Counted from the first letter of the stretch, positions 19,301 to 30,127 are shown. The stretch is 35,264 nt of DNA from a virus (IMGVR_UViG_3300035135_002682:1-35264); one strand, 5' to 3'. The notes: generated from the letters alone by a model not told the origin. A program made the numbers and translations.

Positions 19301-22300
19301 GATAGTATCTGTGGTTACTGTAGTAATTGTAAGATTCTGACCAGATGCAGGATCAGTAGATCTTGGATATGGTTGTTCAGTAAAGAACTGATCTTCATCA
19401 CAAGTAAAGATTAAACCATCATCAGCAATTTGAATTGTATTACTTGTTGTCAATCCATGATTAGGAATGGTAAGTATAAGAACACCAGTCCTTGAAGTGT
19501 AATTTGCTTTGGTTGGTGTGAATTGACCACCAGTAGAAGCGGTGACACTATTTGCTACAGCACGAACAAATCTGTGAACAAATGCAAGATCTGTTACTGC
19601 AATAGAAACAGGGTGTCTATAACCAGATCCAATATTCAGATCGAAATGTTGATATATCTCACCACCCTTGAGGTAATGATGGGTAATCGTGCTAGGACCA
19701 ACTTGTACATTCAGTTTTGTTGCATCAATAATATTTTGAATATCAAGAGATCTATTGTGATCTGGGAAGATGGTTGTCGTTACACCACTGTATGCTGGAG
19801 TGCAAGTAAAGTGTAAACCAACCAGTCTTACTCTGTCACCACCTTTCAGGTAGTGAGAGTCTGCAGTTTCAACTTCAAGAATACCGCTGATCTTATCATA
19901 ATGTGCAGTAGTAATTGCAACAGGGTTGATGAATGTATTAACACCAACTACTCCCGTGATTGATCCAGCAGAATTTGTTTCTGCGATGAATTCTGCACCA
20001 ACTAATGGTGCATATCCAAGACCAGGAGTTGAACCCAAAGAAACAATCAGACCACCTCTTGGTAATTGATTCTGGTTAATATCTGACTCTGATTGAATGT
20101 ATGATCCATTTACTGAAGTAATGCCAGTAAATACTACACTAGAAATTCCAACATTTGTATCTTGTTCAAAGTCATAATTATTTCCAGAGTTATTCAAAGT
20201 GGATGGTGTTTGGAATACACCATTGATGAATAGAATTCCACTTCCAATACCAACACCAGTTGTGTTTAATCCAGATGTCGTTAATGTGTATGTTTTACCA
20301 ATTCCAGTGAAACTATCTGAAATGTCATCAAACACCATATTCTTTTCATAATTTGTTCTAAGGAATGTTCTTCCAGAGAATTGTGCCTTTACATATGGCA
20401 GATTGGATTCATTTCTTGCCGCTCTTGTATTACCTTTTGGTGGATCAACAAAATGGACATCATTGCCAACAATATTAATTGAACCTCTATAGATTCTTGC
20501 TTCAGCACCATCACTATGAGTTGATTTCGTAGTTCCAAGAACTCCTCTCACAACTGAAACTGTTGGAATTGTTGCTGCAGTTCCAGCAGCGATAATACCA
20601 TTAATTGGACCAAGAAGTGCTCCGTTTACATTGGTGCTAAGACCAACTTCAACAACCTTCATGTACTCATCATCAATCCTGAGAATATCTCTTGGTTGTA
20701 TAGAACTAATTCCAGAAATATTGAAAGTAGAAATACCAACTGTTATTCCACCATTGTTAAACGCCAAAGAATGATTGATTGGTGTAAATACAACTGGTTG
20801 TTGAACAATACCATCAAGAGCAATAACAGTTTTAGAAAGTTTCTTCGTTAATTCTAATTCATGAATATTGCCCAATCCAGGATCAGTAAATGTTACAAAG
20901 ATGCCTGCTTTAGCATAGTCTCTATTTGTTGATAATTGGAATGTATCTGGCGTAAGAGCAATTGGATATACTCTTTCAGGAAGTCTATCAGTAACAATAC
21001 CAAGATAATTTGCGGTAGAACCAATTCCCATTGCGGTAGACCCTACACCAACAAATGTGGATGTTGGGCGATAAATTAATTCTTCTCCAGTATTAAAGAA
21101 ATGATTGCGTAATGTAATAATACCAGTTGCATAATCAACTTGTGCTGTATTTGATGGATCAAATCCCTTCACATAAATTGGATCACCTTCGTGAGTGAGT
21201 CTGAATTCAGTTCTATTCGCTCTTAATCCATTAATACCATCATATGCATCATATAAAACTTCTCCCTTAACAGGACCATATGTATTTGGTTGGGGAGTAT
21301 TATCATAATCTTGTTCTGTATAGAATACTTCATTGTATCCCTGAACTTCAACATCATATGGTGTATCTGGATAGAAATTGAGATAGTACCTTGAACCATC
21401 AATTTCAGCACCAAATGTTCCAAGTCCAGTTATGTTGTTAACTGCGGCAAATGGACCAGGAGTTACCACAGTTTCCAATTTGTTTGAAAGTATTGAAACT
21501 TGATGGATTGCTGATGTTTCTCCAGCAGAAACGCGAACGATGGAATTTGAAGATGCTACAGTTTCAAGATCAAAAGTTCCTACTCTTACTGCATCTGTTC
21601 CAAAACCAACAGTAGATTCTATTCTTATACTCTTTTCAGAACCTGGTGGTTGATTGTTTACAAGGTATCTGTAGGTTCCAATACCTGCTGTAGTTGTTCC
21701 AAATCCAACAACGGTTGAGCGAACATCATAAAGACCTACGAGAGAGGATATGCCAACGTTTTGGGCAGTCAGAGAAACTATACCTGCATTGGAATCGTAA
21801 ACTGCAGAAAGGATTCCTGTTTTTGATGAACTGTATGAGAGTGCCTGAGTGTCAAAGTAATATTCACTCAAATAAGTGTCATTTCCATCAAAATCAACAA
21901 ATGCTTCAATATAATTCATATCAGTTGAGAATCTATCTACAACTTCAACCTTCGCATACATTCCATTAAAATCTGAAACTGGGAACTCAACAAGAGTTTT
22001 AATGCTAGATGCTGTTCCAACACTACCAATACCGGATACAAAAGATCCTACAAGGTCAATTGAACCAAATTCTGTTTTTCCAATGGCAGTTTGACCACCA
22101 GCTAAAGCAGAATACAGATATGTTCTCTTTAGAACCTTAATATCATGATCTCTATCAAAAGGATCTGTTGGAGTAAAGATCAGAGTCTTTCTACCATCAG
22201 TTTCAATATTAGTTGAGAAGTCACCAAGTTTTTCTGTAGTAAAGTTTGAATATTTCTCAAAGAGGAATGAATTGAGAGTTGTAGATTGATATACTAACTC

Positions 22301-25300
22301 GGAGAGTTGAACATCTTTAGTATCTGCATCAACAATTTGAATTACATATCCAACATAACTATCTGCAAAATCAATTACATCCAATTCAATAAATGTATCT
22401 TTGAATCCTCTACTTGAGAACTTATCACTAATATCATCGTGAACTAAAACTCTGTTTGTTCTACATTCAATATAATCATCAAGTTTTCTATTCTGAAGTT
22501 TTACAAACTTGGACTGATCAAAATTAGATAGTGCGTTTTGTCTTACATCAAAATCTACTGTATTATCAAAATTATTAATAATATCAACTCTTCTTTCGTT
22601 TACAACATCAAGAATTGCAATACTAGTGGTAGTTCCTCCAAGTCCTGCAGTAGATGATCCAGTTGATGTAATTCCAACATCAGCAAAGTTTTTAAGTCCT
22701 GCAGGGTGAACGATACTATTTACGGGAGCAGATTGCTCATCCCATGTAATTGGACTCTTAACAGAGTAAGAAAGATTTTGATAGTAATCATTATTTGGAA
22801 TAACTTGATGATCTACGCTGATTTTACCAGTATCATCTCTCCAACCAATATTTTGCTTGGATGAAAAATCAATGTCAAAGTAACCATTATTTCTACTTAC
22901 ACCAGTTACATCAGCAACTGCACCACTTACAACACCTTTAATTTTATCGCCAGTATTTAAATCATATTTTCCTTCAACTTTGATGTAATCATCTCTTATG
23001 ATAGTTACAAAAATGTCTTCTGCAACAAATCCTGCTCCAGTTGTATCAACATAAAGTTGCTCATTAGGGAAGAATTTTGCTCGTTCTTGAATTACTTTTA
23101 CTTCAGGGTAGTTATTTTTATTGATGATTGTTGCATATCCAGACTGAACTGTTTTTGCAAGACCAACATTAGTTGATAATCCAACTCCACTATCATCTAT
23201 GACTTCAAATTCAAGTTTTGCTGGACTTGTATTGACGTAGGTTTTTACCTTAAAGAATCTATAATCATAGTTTGAGGAATTATATCCATCACCCTTTCCA
23301 GATAATTCAATACCCTCAACAAAAATCTCATCACCAACATTGAACTGCGGCGTAACAAATCCAAGAATTGGTGTAATCAGAGTACAAGTAGCAATACCAC
23401 TTATACCATCACCAGTCATCGTGGATATTCCAACACCATTTGAATTGTTGATAAAAACAAGTCTATGAGGTTCAGATTGTAATCCAAACAGAGGTGCTAA
23501 CTGCTGAATCTCAGAAATTGCACCATTTGGTGCTTTTGCAAGCAGAGAGTCTGTATCTACAACTTCTTTAGTAGTGTCATTGATAAGGATGACATCTGGA
23601 TCTTTAAGATATCTGCTTCCGCGAGAAACAATATCAAAATCTTTGACAGTATCCACATTATCAATATTGATAACTGGTGGAACAAATGCCTCAGGTCTTA
23701 AAGTTTTATCTGATGGATAATCATATCCAATATCCTTGAATCTCAGACGCTTGGGTTGACCTATTGTTGAAGATACTGCTTTGATATTTGCATTAATACC
23801 TGCTTTTGAAGTTACATCAATAAATTTGGGAAGTCTTTCAAAATTAAATCCTTTAGAAATAATTTTTAACTTACCAATTGATCCACTAAGAGCAGATGAA
23901 GATTTAGTGGAATACTCTAGTTTATCGCACTGATTTTTATTGTAGTTGAGAACTGATGGAATTCTAACTGGAGAAATTTTAAATGTGGTTGTATTTCCTA
24001 ATCCAGTAACACCATAAATTTTATATTCACCATTATATTCACTATCAACATAATGGATGGAAGAATAATCTTTTACTCCAGCATCAGCGGTGCTAATATA
24101 CCCAGATTTCTCAAGGGTATAGAATAGACGACTTGGGATGTTATCCGAATAGTTGATTGTTAGATTGGCATCAGTAATCGTTCCGAGACCGATAGTAGAA
24201 CCAGTGCTAACAACATTGAATGTAGAACTATCAGAAACACTGATGAATTCATTTACAAATTCTTTCTCTCTATAAATTTTTAAATCATATCCAAAGAGTG
24301 ATGGATCTTGTAAGTTAAACTGAATATCAGAGTTCCTTACAACATCAATTTTTGGATTAACAAGCGAAATTGTATGAGGACCAGTTCCTGCAGCAGTTAT
24401 ATTAATTTCTTTTTCTGTCAAAGGATTTGATTCATATGCAGTTTCTGCAAGTCGGAACGTATCTAAACTATCGCGAATAACAAAATAATCGCCATCAGTC
24501 AAACCAGATGCGTCACCTTCATAGTAAATTTTATCTCCTGTCTTATATCCGTGAGCACTTAATGTAAATCTATTCTTACTTACATTAATATTTGATGATA
24601 GAATACTATTTGGATTAACAAGTATTTTCTTTTCATCAAGATTTAGTGCTAACCTTAGAGCAGCAGTTGTCCCCACACCAACGATGGTGTTTGGCAAAAC
24701 TTTTAACTTAATTGTATCATTTCTATCCAACCCGTGAGTAGATGCACAACTTACTAATGTTGTAATCCTACTTAAATCACCATTTACCTGAGTCTTGTTA
24801 GTCTCAATCTTATAATCGGCTCTATCTGCTAGATTTCCAACATTGTAGAAAAATAGACCCTCAGAAGTAGTTCCAACGCCAACTGCACCTACAGTTTCAG
24901 TTACAAGACCAATATAATTTGCCCCTTTATTGATTACATAAAGATCTGTTTCTTTTGTAGTTGGATCTGGGATGAAGAAAGTGTTTGCATTAACATTATT
25001 CATTCCAACAGTAAAGGAACTTGGATTTCCAGCACCTTTTGATAAGGTTACTTTTTGACCAGTTTTAAATGGATGATTTGGAAGATATATTGCTCTGGTT
25101 GGAATAGAAATTTCAGATGTTGTTATACCAACAGTGATAATTTTGGAAATAGCACCACCATCAGTCAAACCTACACCAACCGCTTCAGTTGGATTAAAGT
25201 AAACGACATTATTACGCTCTGACTCAAACTGTTTGGTTTTTACTGGTAATTTGACTCTATCACTTACAACACTGAGTCTACTACCAAATGAGTGGGCAAC

Positions 25301-28300
25301 GCCAGTTGTACCATTTGGTGCCTCACCAAATCTTTGAACTCTCAATATACCATTGTTAAAATTATTCAGAACTCTTAAAATTTCAGTTCCCGAATCTGAA
25401 AAAACATTGATTGTATTGCCAATAGAAACTGTTGGAATATCAGAAACGAAAATATCTTCAAATACACCTACACCACCTGTCGCTCCACTGAAGGATGACA
25501 TTGTTTTAGCAAGACCTACAGTTTCAGTTGTAAATCCAATTCTATGAGAATCATTTAAGAAAGTAATGGATGTTGACAATCCAGAAACAAGAACGGTGTC
25601 ATTGTTATTAAAATCAATAAATCCATTTCTTGTGTAAGCAGAAACTTGTCTGTCAGTATCCCATTCAAATACAACATTCTCATAAGTTTCCAAAGTTGTA
25701 TCTATTTTTTCAATCTCAATTCCTTCTAGTTCCGAAACTACTGCTCTTAACCCTGTACCTTCAGTTCCAGACTCATCAAAATTGACTACATCATTAATTC
25801 TATAATCTTGTCCTCCAGCAATAACAACTAAATCATCAATCTCTCCTTGAGATGTTGATTCTATTTTTGCAATTTGTGCATAAGTTTCATAAGATTCATT
25901 TACAAAGTCATAATCTGCATGATTATCATTAACCTTATATGGGAAGGTATTACGGGAAAGACCTGAATTATTGAAATCGAATTGTTGATTTAAAGTAAAG
26001 TTTTCCTGAATTACTTTTGATCTAAACGAATTTCCAACAAAATATGGATACTGTGGTTCAAGGGCGTTTCCAGATGTACTTACACCAACGAAGTATGCAT
26101 AAACTCCATTTGGAAATTCTGTTGTTTTGCAGTATCTTCCATTATGCTTATCGAGATCTCCACTATCAGTGAACTGATAATCTTCAATAAAGAATCCTTC
26201 TGGATATACTGCAAGAGATGGACGATTATTAATTTCATCACTATTGAGTGTATAACCAGTTTTTAAAAGTTTGACACCTGATTGAACATCATCTCTGGAT
26301 GAATATCCAAATGGACCATAAATTGGGTTACCATCAAACGCCCATCCAATGATTGGAGAGTGATTATTTTTGTCTTCGTTGAATTTGTTCGCAAGATTAC
26401 TTGAATATCCATACATTGAATAAACAAGAAGATCATCAGTTTCATTTGATGAAAGATTTGAATAGATTTTTTCACTTCTATTTTTTGTGTAAGCACCAAA
26501 TCTTTCAGCATCATTTATTGTAAGATCTCTTACTCTTATATCAAACTTTGCACCTGAACCTCTTGGCTCAACAAATAATGAAGTAGAATTTGCATCGTAA
26601 CCAATACCACCGTTAATAACTACAACATCAACAATTTGACTACCATTTGTTCCACCTAAAACTGGTCTCAATACTGCACCAGTTCCAGAACCACTTGTTC
26701 TAATGATTGGAAGAGATTTATAACCAGCACCCTTGTTAAGGATCTGTACCTCCTCTATTCTACCGTTTTGGATAATTGGTGCCAACTGGGCAAGTTCGCC
26801 CTTAGAAGTTGATATTAGTGGTTTCTTGTGAAGATTAATCGTATTTGATCCATAACCAGTTCCACCATCGTAAAGATAAGCATCAGTAATTTCTCCAGTT
26901 ATCACTGGTGTTATAACAAAATTTCCACCAATAGAAGATCCATAGGAAACATTTACCTCTACCGTGATTGGTGGATACTGGAAAATTTGTGTTCCTATTC
27001 CAGAAGTCGTAAAATCTACAGTTTTGGTTCTTACAAGATCGGTAGTTATAGTTCCACCAATACCAACATCGATAAGATTGAACTTATTAGAATCAATCTT
27101 AACAACAGAATATCTTTTTGAAACATCAAGACCACCAATTACAGTGCCCTCTGTTGAGTAGGTAACAATCTCACCAGTCTCAAAACCATGATTTTCAAAT
27201 GCAACTGTATTATATTCTGTAGAAATTCCTATTGGATTTACTCTTAATTTTCTATGAGCATATCCAGAACCAGGTTGGAGAACTTTAACTTCTCTTAAAT
27301 TGTTTTGTGAAAGAGTTCTAAACTTATGAATTCCACTTGCGAAGGTTGCAGTAGAGAAACCTAATGTGTTGATTCCTGCTGCTGCTTCTGCGTCAGTTTT
27401 AAATAATTTGATTGATGATGTGTTTACAAATCCAGCAACATATTCATCACCACTGACCAATTCTCCTGTAATTGTTTGTGTAGGATCACCAAATGTTCCT
27501 AATGATATTGGATCATGACCATTTTGATTGTAAATTATGTGCTGACCAGGAGTGAGGTTATGTGGCTCAGTAAATGTGATTGTCTCATTATCAATATCAA
27601 CACCACCACCCAATGAAAGAGGGCGACTGTCAAACTTTAATTCTCTGAATCTTGAACCTATTACTGGTTCAAGTTGACAACCCGAACCATTTCCACCAAG
27701 AATTGATACACCCTCAATACTATCAATATCAAAATCTTGTGGGTCAACAAGAATTTCTTTAACCGAACCAACTATAACTGGTTCTACACGAGCAGTTGTA
27801 TCTCCTGCACCTACGGGTTTGCCGATTGTAATTTCTGGAGGATTTATGATATCATAGTCTTTACCACCATTTAATACTTCAAACTCTTTAATTGGACCAT
27901 AGTAAATTTTATCTCTAGATTCTGGACTTGAAATTTGAACACCATCAATCAAAATACCTACGGAACCAAGATTTCTTTTTTCACTCTTAATATCAGAGAG
28001 TGAGGTATTCAATGAGAATTTTCTTAAAATTTGGTTGGGAGACAGAACTTTGTTATTATGTCTTCTGAGAGTAAAACTATGTTGTCCAATTAAGGATGAT
28101 GTTGTAGGAGAAGAATAATCGAGTCTTACATATTCATTTCCTTGAAGAAGTGCTTTTGAAGCGTAAACATAGATTTTATTATTAACAGTGACACCATTTG
28201 AATCTACAAACTTTTTGACAAAGTAATTAGCACCAGATACTAATCCTGAAATTGGATTTTCTGCTGTGTAGACAACTTCATCACCATCAATAAAATCAAC

Positions 28301-30124
28301 AGCACTTGGGAATACAACAACTTTGTAATTATTAAAGATAGTATCAAACTCACCAAGACTATCTGCATCTTTTCTAATAATATCATCATGAATTGTATAT
28401 GATGGTAGTGAGTTAGATGCTACATATCCAAATTGATCTTCGTTATCGGTGTAAACATTGAGTACATCTGCAATGTAAGCATCATTTCCAAGAGAAAGTG
28501 CTACACCAACGCTTTCTGCCTTTTCAACTCTTCTACGAAGACTGTAATCAACACCAATAGATGCTGCAAAACCAACAATATTACCAAGAGTAACTTCTTT
28601 TGTTGATTCACTTACTGATACAATAGTTGCACCAGCACCTACAACAAAATCACCATTTAAAATATCTACAGTATCTGCTATTTTAAGACTTGACTTGTCA
28701 ATATCACTTTTTAGAGTGAAAATTGAACCATTGATGTTGTCAATATCATAAGTGGAGCTTGTATTGTAAATCCAAGAATTTGCAAAGATTTGTTTGTAAG
28801 TTTTATTACTGGGTGGATTGGTGATAATTTCACCAATATTTCTTACTTTAATTTCTTCACCCTCTTCCATTAGAGCGAGTTTTCCGATAGCGTTGAAATC
28901 GGATAAAACACCCGTTAAACGGAGATCTACACGCTTAGTGGTATCACCCCCCTCATAACCATAAACATACTCATTAGAGCGGATTCTGGTGCCTGCTGTG
29001 ATGCCTGAACCAACATTACTACAACCAAAAAATTGATTAATGCTCTTATAGGTGTAATCAATTGTATTTGAACCAGCAATAATAGTTCCAGTTTGACCAA
29101 AACCAATTGTTGAATCAACATTAATAATGGAAGACCCTACAGATACTGTTTCCAGAACTTTAGAGGATCCAGGAACAGTGAATGTGCCTTCAATCAGATC
29201 CCTATCATTATATCCAATAAAGAGACCAATTCTATAGAAAGTCTCATTATTTCTTGTAAAAATTTCTACATCAGATACTGAAGCATTAGTAGAAGAGTCT
29301 GTAGACTTGTAAATCGTTTGACCCTCCAATCCAAAAGGATTTCCAGACAATCTTTCAACAACAATTGTTTCTCTTCTAATATAGTTTGCTGCTGATGGTT
29401 TTATCAATCTTGATTCAAGATCAATAATTGTCGCTTCTACACCATAAAGAACCTTGAAAAGAATTCTAATCGATTCTTCAATACCCTTAGATTGATATAA
29501 ATTTCTAGCGTGCTTAATAAAGTTCCCAACATCAAGATCAGAAACAAAATCATAATCTTCCAATCCTGGAGTGAAAGTTCTCTTAAGTTTCTTATAAAAT
29601 TCTTGTAAGAAGAGAGCACTTAAGTTGGTAACTTCCGATTCATGTGCATGTGTTGCAGCAGTGGTTTCCGAGAAAATAAGTGTTTGATTATTAACGGTGT
29701 TGATGATATTTGATAGACCACTATCATATCCACTAATACCACTAAAACCACGGACACAACCAGTGAAGGTTGTATCAGTTTTCCCAGTATATGTGATTAT
29801 CTCATCGTCAATTTTTAAAAGACCATAATCATCTGGAAAACCCTTAGTAGATGTGACTGTAATTGTTGTATCAGTCGCACTAATTGCAGAACCGCAGGAA
29901 CAATTAAGAGTTGTCTTACCAACAACAACTTCTGGTACAAGATTATCTACCCTGATGTAGCGATCAAGATTATCTACAAGATCAATATTACCACCCTGTT
30001 TTTCTTGGGAGATATAATATTGCTTGAAAAAGTCTACTGCTTTTGGAAAGTCTGCAACTAGAAATTCAGGAAGTTGGCTCTCAATAATTTTATTGAGTTG
30101 AACTCTCCTTTCAAAATTCGACAT
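16394..30124 (-). CDS. gp7: Giant baseplate wedge initiator (4576 aa)
   Basis: Located between gp6 and gp8. N-terminal IIESQLPEF...FFKQYYISQE, FIKHARNLYQSKG...SIRILFKVLYG and internal YYQNLSYSVKS...VHPAGLKNF are gp7-like. Contains many accessory repeat domains. Confidence 0.88.
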   Translation of the reverse strand: MSNFERRVQLNKIIESQLPEFLVADFPKAVDFFKQYYISQEKQGGNIDLVDNLDRYIRVDNLVPEVVVGKTTLNCSCGSAISATDTTITVTSTKGFPDDYGLLKIDDEIITYTGKTDTTFTGCVRGFSGISGYDSGLSNIINTVNNQTLIFSETTAATHAHESEVTNLSALFLQEFYKKLKRTFTPGLEDYDFVSDLDVGNFIKHARNLYQSKGIEESIRILFKVLYGVEATIIDLESRLIKPSAANYIRRETIVVERLSGNPFGLEGQTIYKSTDSSTNASVSDVEIFTRNNETFYRIGLFIGYNDRDLIEGTFTVPGSSKVLETVSVGSSIINVDSTIGFGQTGTIIAGSNTIDYTYKSINQFFGCSNVGSGITAGTRIRSNEYVYGYEGGDTTKRVDLRLTGVLSDFNAIGKLALMEEGEEIKVRNIGEIITNPPSNKTYKQIFANSWIYNTSSTYDIDNINGSIFTLKSDIDKSSLKIADTVDILNGDFVVGAGATIVSVSESTKEVTLGNIVGFAASIGVDYSLRRRVEKAESVGVALSLGNDAYIADVLNVYTDNEDQFGYVASNSLPSYTIHDDIIRKDADSLGEFDTIFNNYKVVVFPSAVDFIDGDEVVYTAENPISGLVSGANYFVKKFVDSNGVTVNNKIYVYASKALLQGNEYVRLDYSSPTTSSLIGQHSFTLRRHNNKVLSPNQILRKFSLNTSLSDIKSEKRNLGSVGILIDGVQISSPESRDKIYYGPIKEFEVLNGGKDYDIINPPEITIGKPVGAGDTTARVEPVIVGSVKEILVDPQDFDIDSIEGVSILGGNGSGCQLEPVIGSRFRELKFDSRPLSLGGGVDIDNETITFTEPHNLTPGQHIIYNQNGHDPISLGTFGDPTQTITGELVSGDEYVAGFVNTSSIKLFKTDAEAAAGINTLGFSTATFASGIHKFRTLSQNNLREVKVLQPGSGYAHRKLRVNPIGISTEYNTVAFENHGFETGEIVTYSTEGTVIGGLDVSKRYSVVKIDSNKFNLIDVGIGGTITTDLVRTKTVDFTTSGIGTQIFQYPPITVEVNVSYGSSIGGNFVITPVITGEITDAYLYDGGTGYGSNTINLHKKPLISTSKGELAQLAPIIQNGRIEEVQILNKGAGYKSLPIIRTSGSGTGAVLRPVLGGTNGSQIVDVVVINGGIGYDANSTSLFVEPRGSGAKFDIRVRDLTINDAERFGAYTKNRSEKIYSNLSSNETDDLLVYSMYGYSSNLANKFNEDKNNHSPIIGWAFDGNPIYGPFGYSSRDDVQSGVKLLKTGYTLNSDEINNRPSLAVYPEGFFIEDYQFTDSGDLDKHNGRYCKTTEFPNGVYAYFVGVSTSGNALEPQYPYFVGNSFRSKVIQENFTLNQQFDFNNSGLSRNTFPYKVNDNHADYDFVNESYETYAQIAKIESTSQGEIDDLVVIAGGQDYRINDVVNFDESGTEGTGLRAVVSELEGIEIEKIDTTLETYENVVFEWDTDRQVSAYTRNGFIDFNNNDTVLVSGLSTSITFLNDSHRIGFTTETVGLAKTMSSFSGATGGVGVFEDIFVSDIPTVSIGNTINVFSDSGTEILRVLNNFNNGILRVQRFGEAPNGTTGVAHSFGSRLSVVSDRVKLPVKTKQFESERNNVVYFNPTEAVGVGLTDGGAISKIITVGITTSEISIPTRAIYLPNHPFKTGQKVTLSKGAGNPSSFTVGMNNVNANTFFIPDPTTKETDLYVINKGANYIGLVTETVGAVGVGTTSEGLFFYNVGNLADRADYKIETNKTQVNGDLSRITTLVSCASTHGLDRNDTIKLKVLPNTIVGVGTTAALRLALNLDEKKILVNPNSILSSNINVSKNRFTLSAHGYKTGDKIYYEGDASGLTDGDYFVIRDSLDTFRLAETAYESNPLTEKEINITAAGTGPHTISLVNPKIDVVRNSDIQFNLQDPSLFGYDLKIYREKEFVNEFISVSDSSTFNVVSTGSTIGLGTITDANLTINYSDNIPSRLFYTLEKSGYISTADAGVKDYSSIHYVDSEYNGEYKIYGVTGLGNTTTFKISPVRIPSVLNYNKNQCDKLEYSTKSSSALSGSIGKLKIISKGFNFERLPKFIDVTSKAGINANIKAVSSTIGQPKRLRFKDIGYDYPSDKTLRPEAFVPPVINIDNVDTVKDFDIVSRGSRYLKDPDVILINDTTKEVVDTDSLLAKAPNGAISEIQQLAPLFGLQSEPHRLVFINNSNGVGISTMTGDGISGIATCTLITPILGFVTPQFNVGDEIFVEGIELSGKGDGYNSSNYDYRFFKVKTYVNTSPAKLEFEVIDDSGVGLSTNVGLAKTVQSGYATIINKNNYPEVKVIQERAKFFPNEQLYVDTTGAGFVAEDIFVTIIRDDYIKVEGKYDLNTGDKIKGVVSGAVADVTGVSRNNGYFDIDFSSKQNIGWRDDTGKISVDHQVIPNNDYYQNLSYSVKSPITWDEQSAPVNSIVHPAGLKNFADVGITSTGSSTAGLGGTTTSIAILDVVNERRVDIINNFDNTVDFDVRQNALSNFDQSKFVKLQNRKLDDYIECRTNRVLVHDDISDKFSSRGFKDTFIELDVIDFADSYVGYVIQIVDADTKDVQLSELVYQSTTLNSFLFEKYSNFTTEKLGDFSTNIETDGRKTLIFTPTDPFDRDHDIKVLKRTYLYSALAGGQTAIGKTEFGSIDLVGSFVSGIGSVGTASSIKTLVEFPVSDFNGMYAKVEVVDRFSTDMNYIEAFVDFDGNDTYLSEYYFDTQALSYSSSKTGILSAVYDSNAGIVSLTAQNVGISSLVGLYDVRSTVVGFGTTTAGIGTYRYLVNNQPPGSEKSIRIESTVGFGTDAVRVGTFDLETVASSNSIVRVSAGETSAIHQVSILSNKLETVVTPGPFAAVNNITGLGTFGAEIDGSRYYLNFYPDTPYDVEVQGYNEVFYTEQDYDNTPQPNTYGPVKGEVLYDAYDGINGLRANRTEFRLTHEGDPIYVKGFDPSNTAQVDYATGIITLRNHFFNTGEELIYRPTSTFVGVGSTAMGIGSTANYLGIVTDRLPERVYPIALTPDTFQLSTNRDYAKAGIFVTFTDPGLGNIHELELTKKLSKTVIALDGIVQQPVVFTPINHSLAFNNGGITVGISTFNISGISSIQPRDILRIDDEYMKVVEVGLSTNVNGALLGPINGIIAAGTAATIPTVSVVRGVLGTTKSTHSDGAEARIYRGSINIVGNDVHFVDPPKGNTRAARNESNLPYVKAQFSGRTFLRTNYEKNMVFDDISDSFTGIGKTYTLTTSGLNTTGVGIGSGILFINGVFQTPSTLNNSGNNYDFEQDTNVGISSVVFTGITSVNGSYIQSESDINQNQLPRGGLIVSLGSTPGLGYAPLVGAEFIAETNSAGSITGVVGVNTFINPVAITTAHYDKISGILEVETADSHYLKGGDRVRLVGLHFTCTPAYSGVTTTIFPDHNRSLDIQNIIDATKLNVQVGPSTITHHYLKGGEIYQHFDLNIGSGYRHPVSIAVTDLAFVHRFVRAVANSVTASTGGQFTPTKANYTSRTGVLILTIPNHGLTTSNTIQIADDGLIFTCDEDQFFTEQPYPRSTDPASGQNLTITTVTTDTITVNVGSGGGAGTGAAIEAVVGAGGTLALNVTSAGTGYKNPRIVIPEPVYENMEVVGVSRLGVGATTDTGRNVLMNLTIEQTTEKALGDRFFDAANLIEANTAFIADIAYGRMLAQFPSYTPPSGTNGQDCKDDIVDVLESVAYNLKYGGNDYTVDAANLYITGAHVSGEEQETAYAFDQAKLLATQVMRNEAVTIGGYSTRTQVFDTSITYDTTKHTPTNVTYTASSGITTVTLPNHGFSNGDQIKFRTNSVIFKCSKDNYASEHRYPRPTDPAADTFLTISNVTTNTFRVNVGASPAGEQYLHTFSSSELNSVERKLTSSTSPAQCANVASAIHTLVGIVTTAVVSSTIPSRTVAPGAQYQVGEFKLTRNGYEFQPGDVFKVVGLVTAKDFAQPTSEFQVEVTQTFNDFFSAWSFGEMDYIDSVAGFQDGSRKRFPIYYIGELLSFELDNQSALSAAINLDAVLVIFVNGVLQTPGYAYTFEGGSSFIFTEAPQPQDKVDIFFYVGQEGVDVTRVDVKETIKKGDDLTINRHPYFSSAVDNLYQRQSRGRTVSDILSSDLIETDIYTGPGINDVDFKPFDWTKQKVDKFIKGDLISKSRDILEARVFPTAKIIGDVTPTSSEIFVDNIQFFNYEEEIYTHPTFSNLFDTLDVVIIDSNEPVGAAFTAIVSATGTISGIVTSQVGSGYTGSSTLDVKFSAPKVIGVGIGTTATATATISNGSISTVTITNPGLGYTRTNPPHLIIETPGVIKEDVTGATNVQGFSGIITGISTTTGTGGHPLALKINFRALKDYTVGGEAQLASDALDLLAGYPIMVYDTKVGSGVTSVFDSNNAVVAIGNTFLDNVYVVSQKSFENGPDAELILNIHTDSPVVGIATTGSFEDTQAGAATTALGYLSWGKIYNYSERSGGVSIGVTGLTVDAGLSTFPVLQRRGNKGFDKSGAIRSTKQIVNSADLAADNQLPFYGA

Positions 30125-30127
30125 ATT

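Noticed and set aside
7322-30124. Inteins, introns or homing endonucleases within the giant ORFs
   Set aside because: Frames are uninterrupted, and no Hint (C...HN), LAGLIDADG, GIY-YIG or HNH motifs were recognised.
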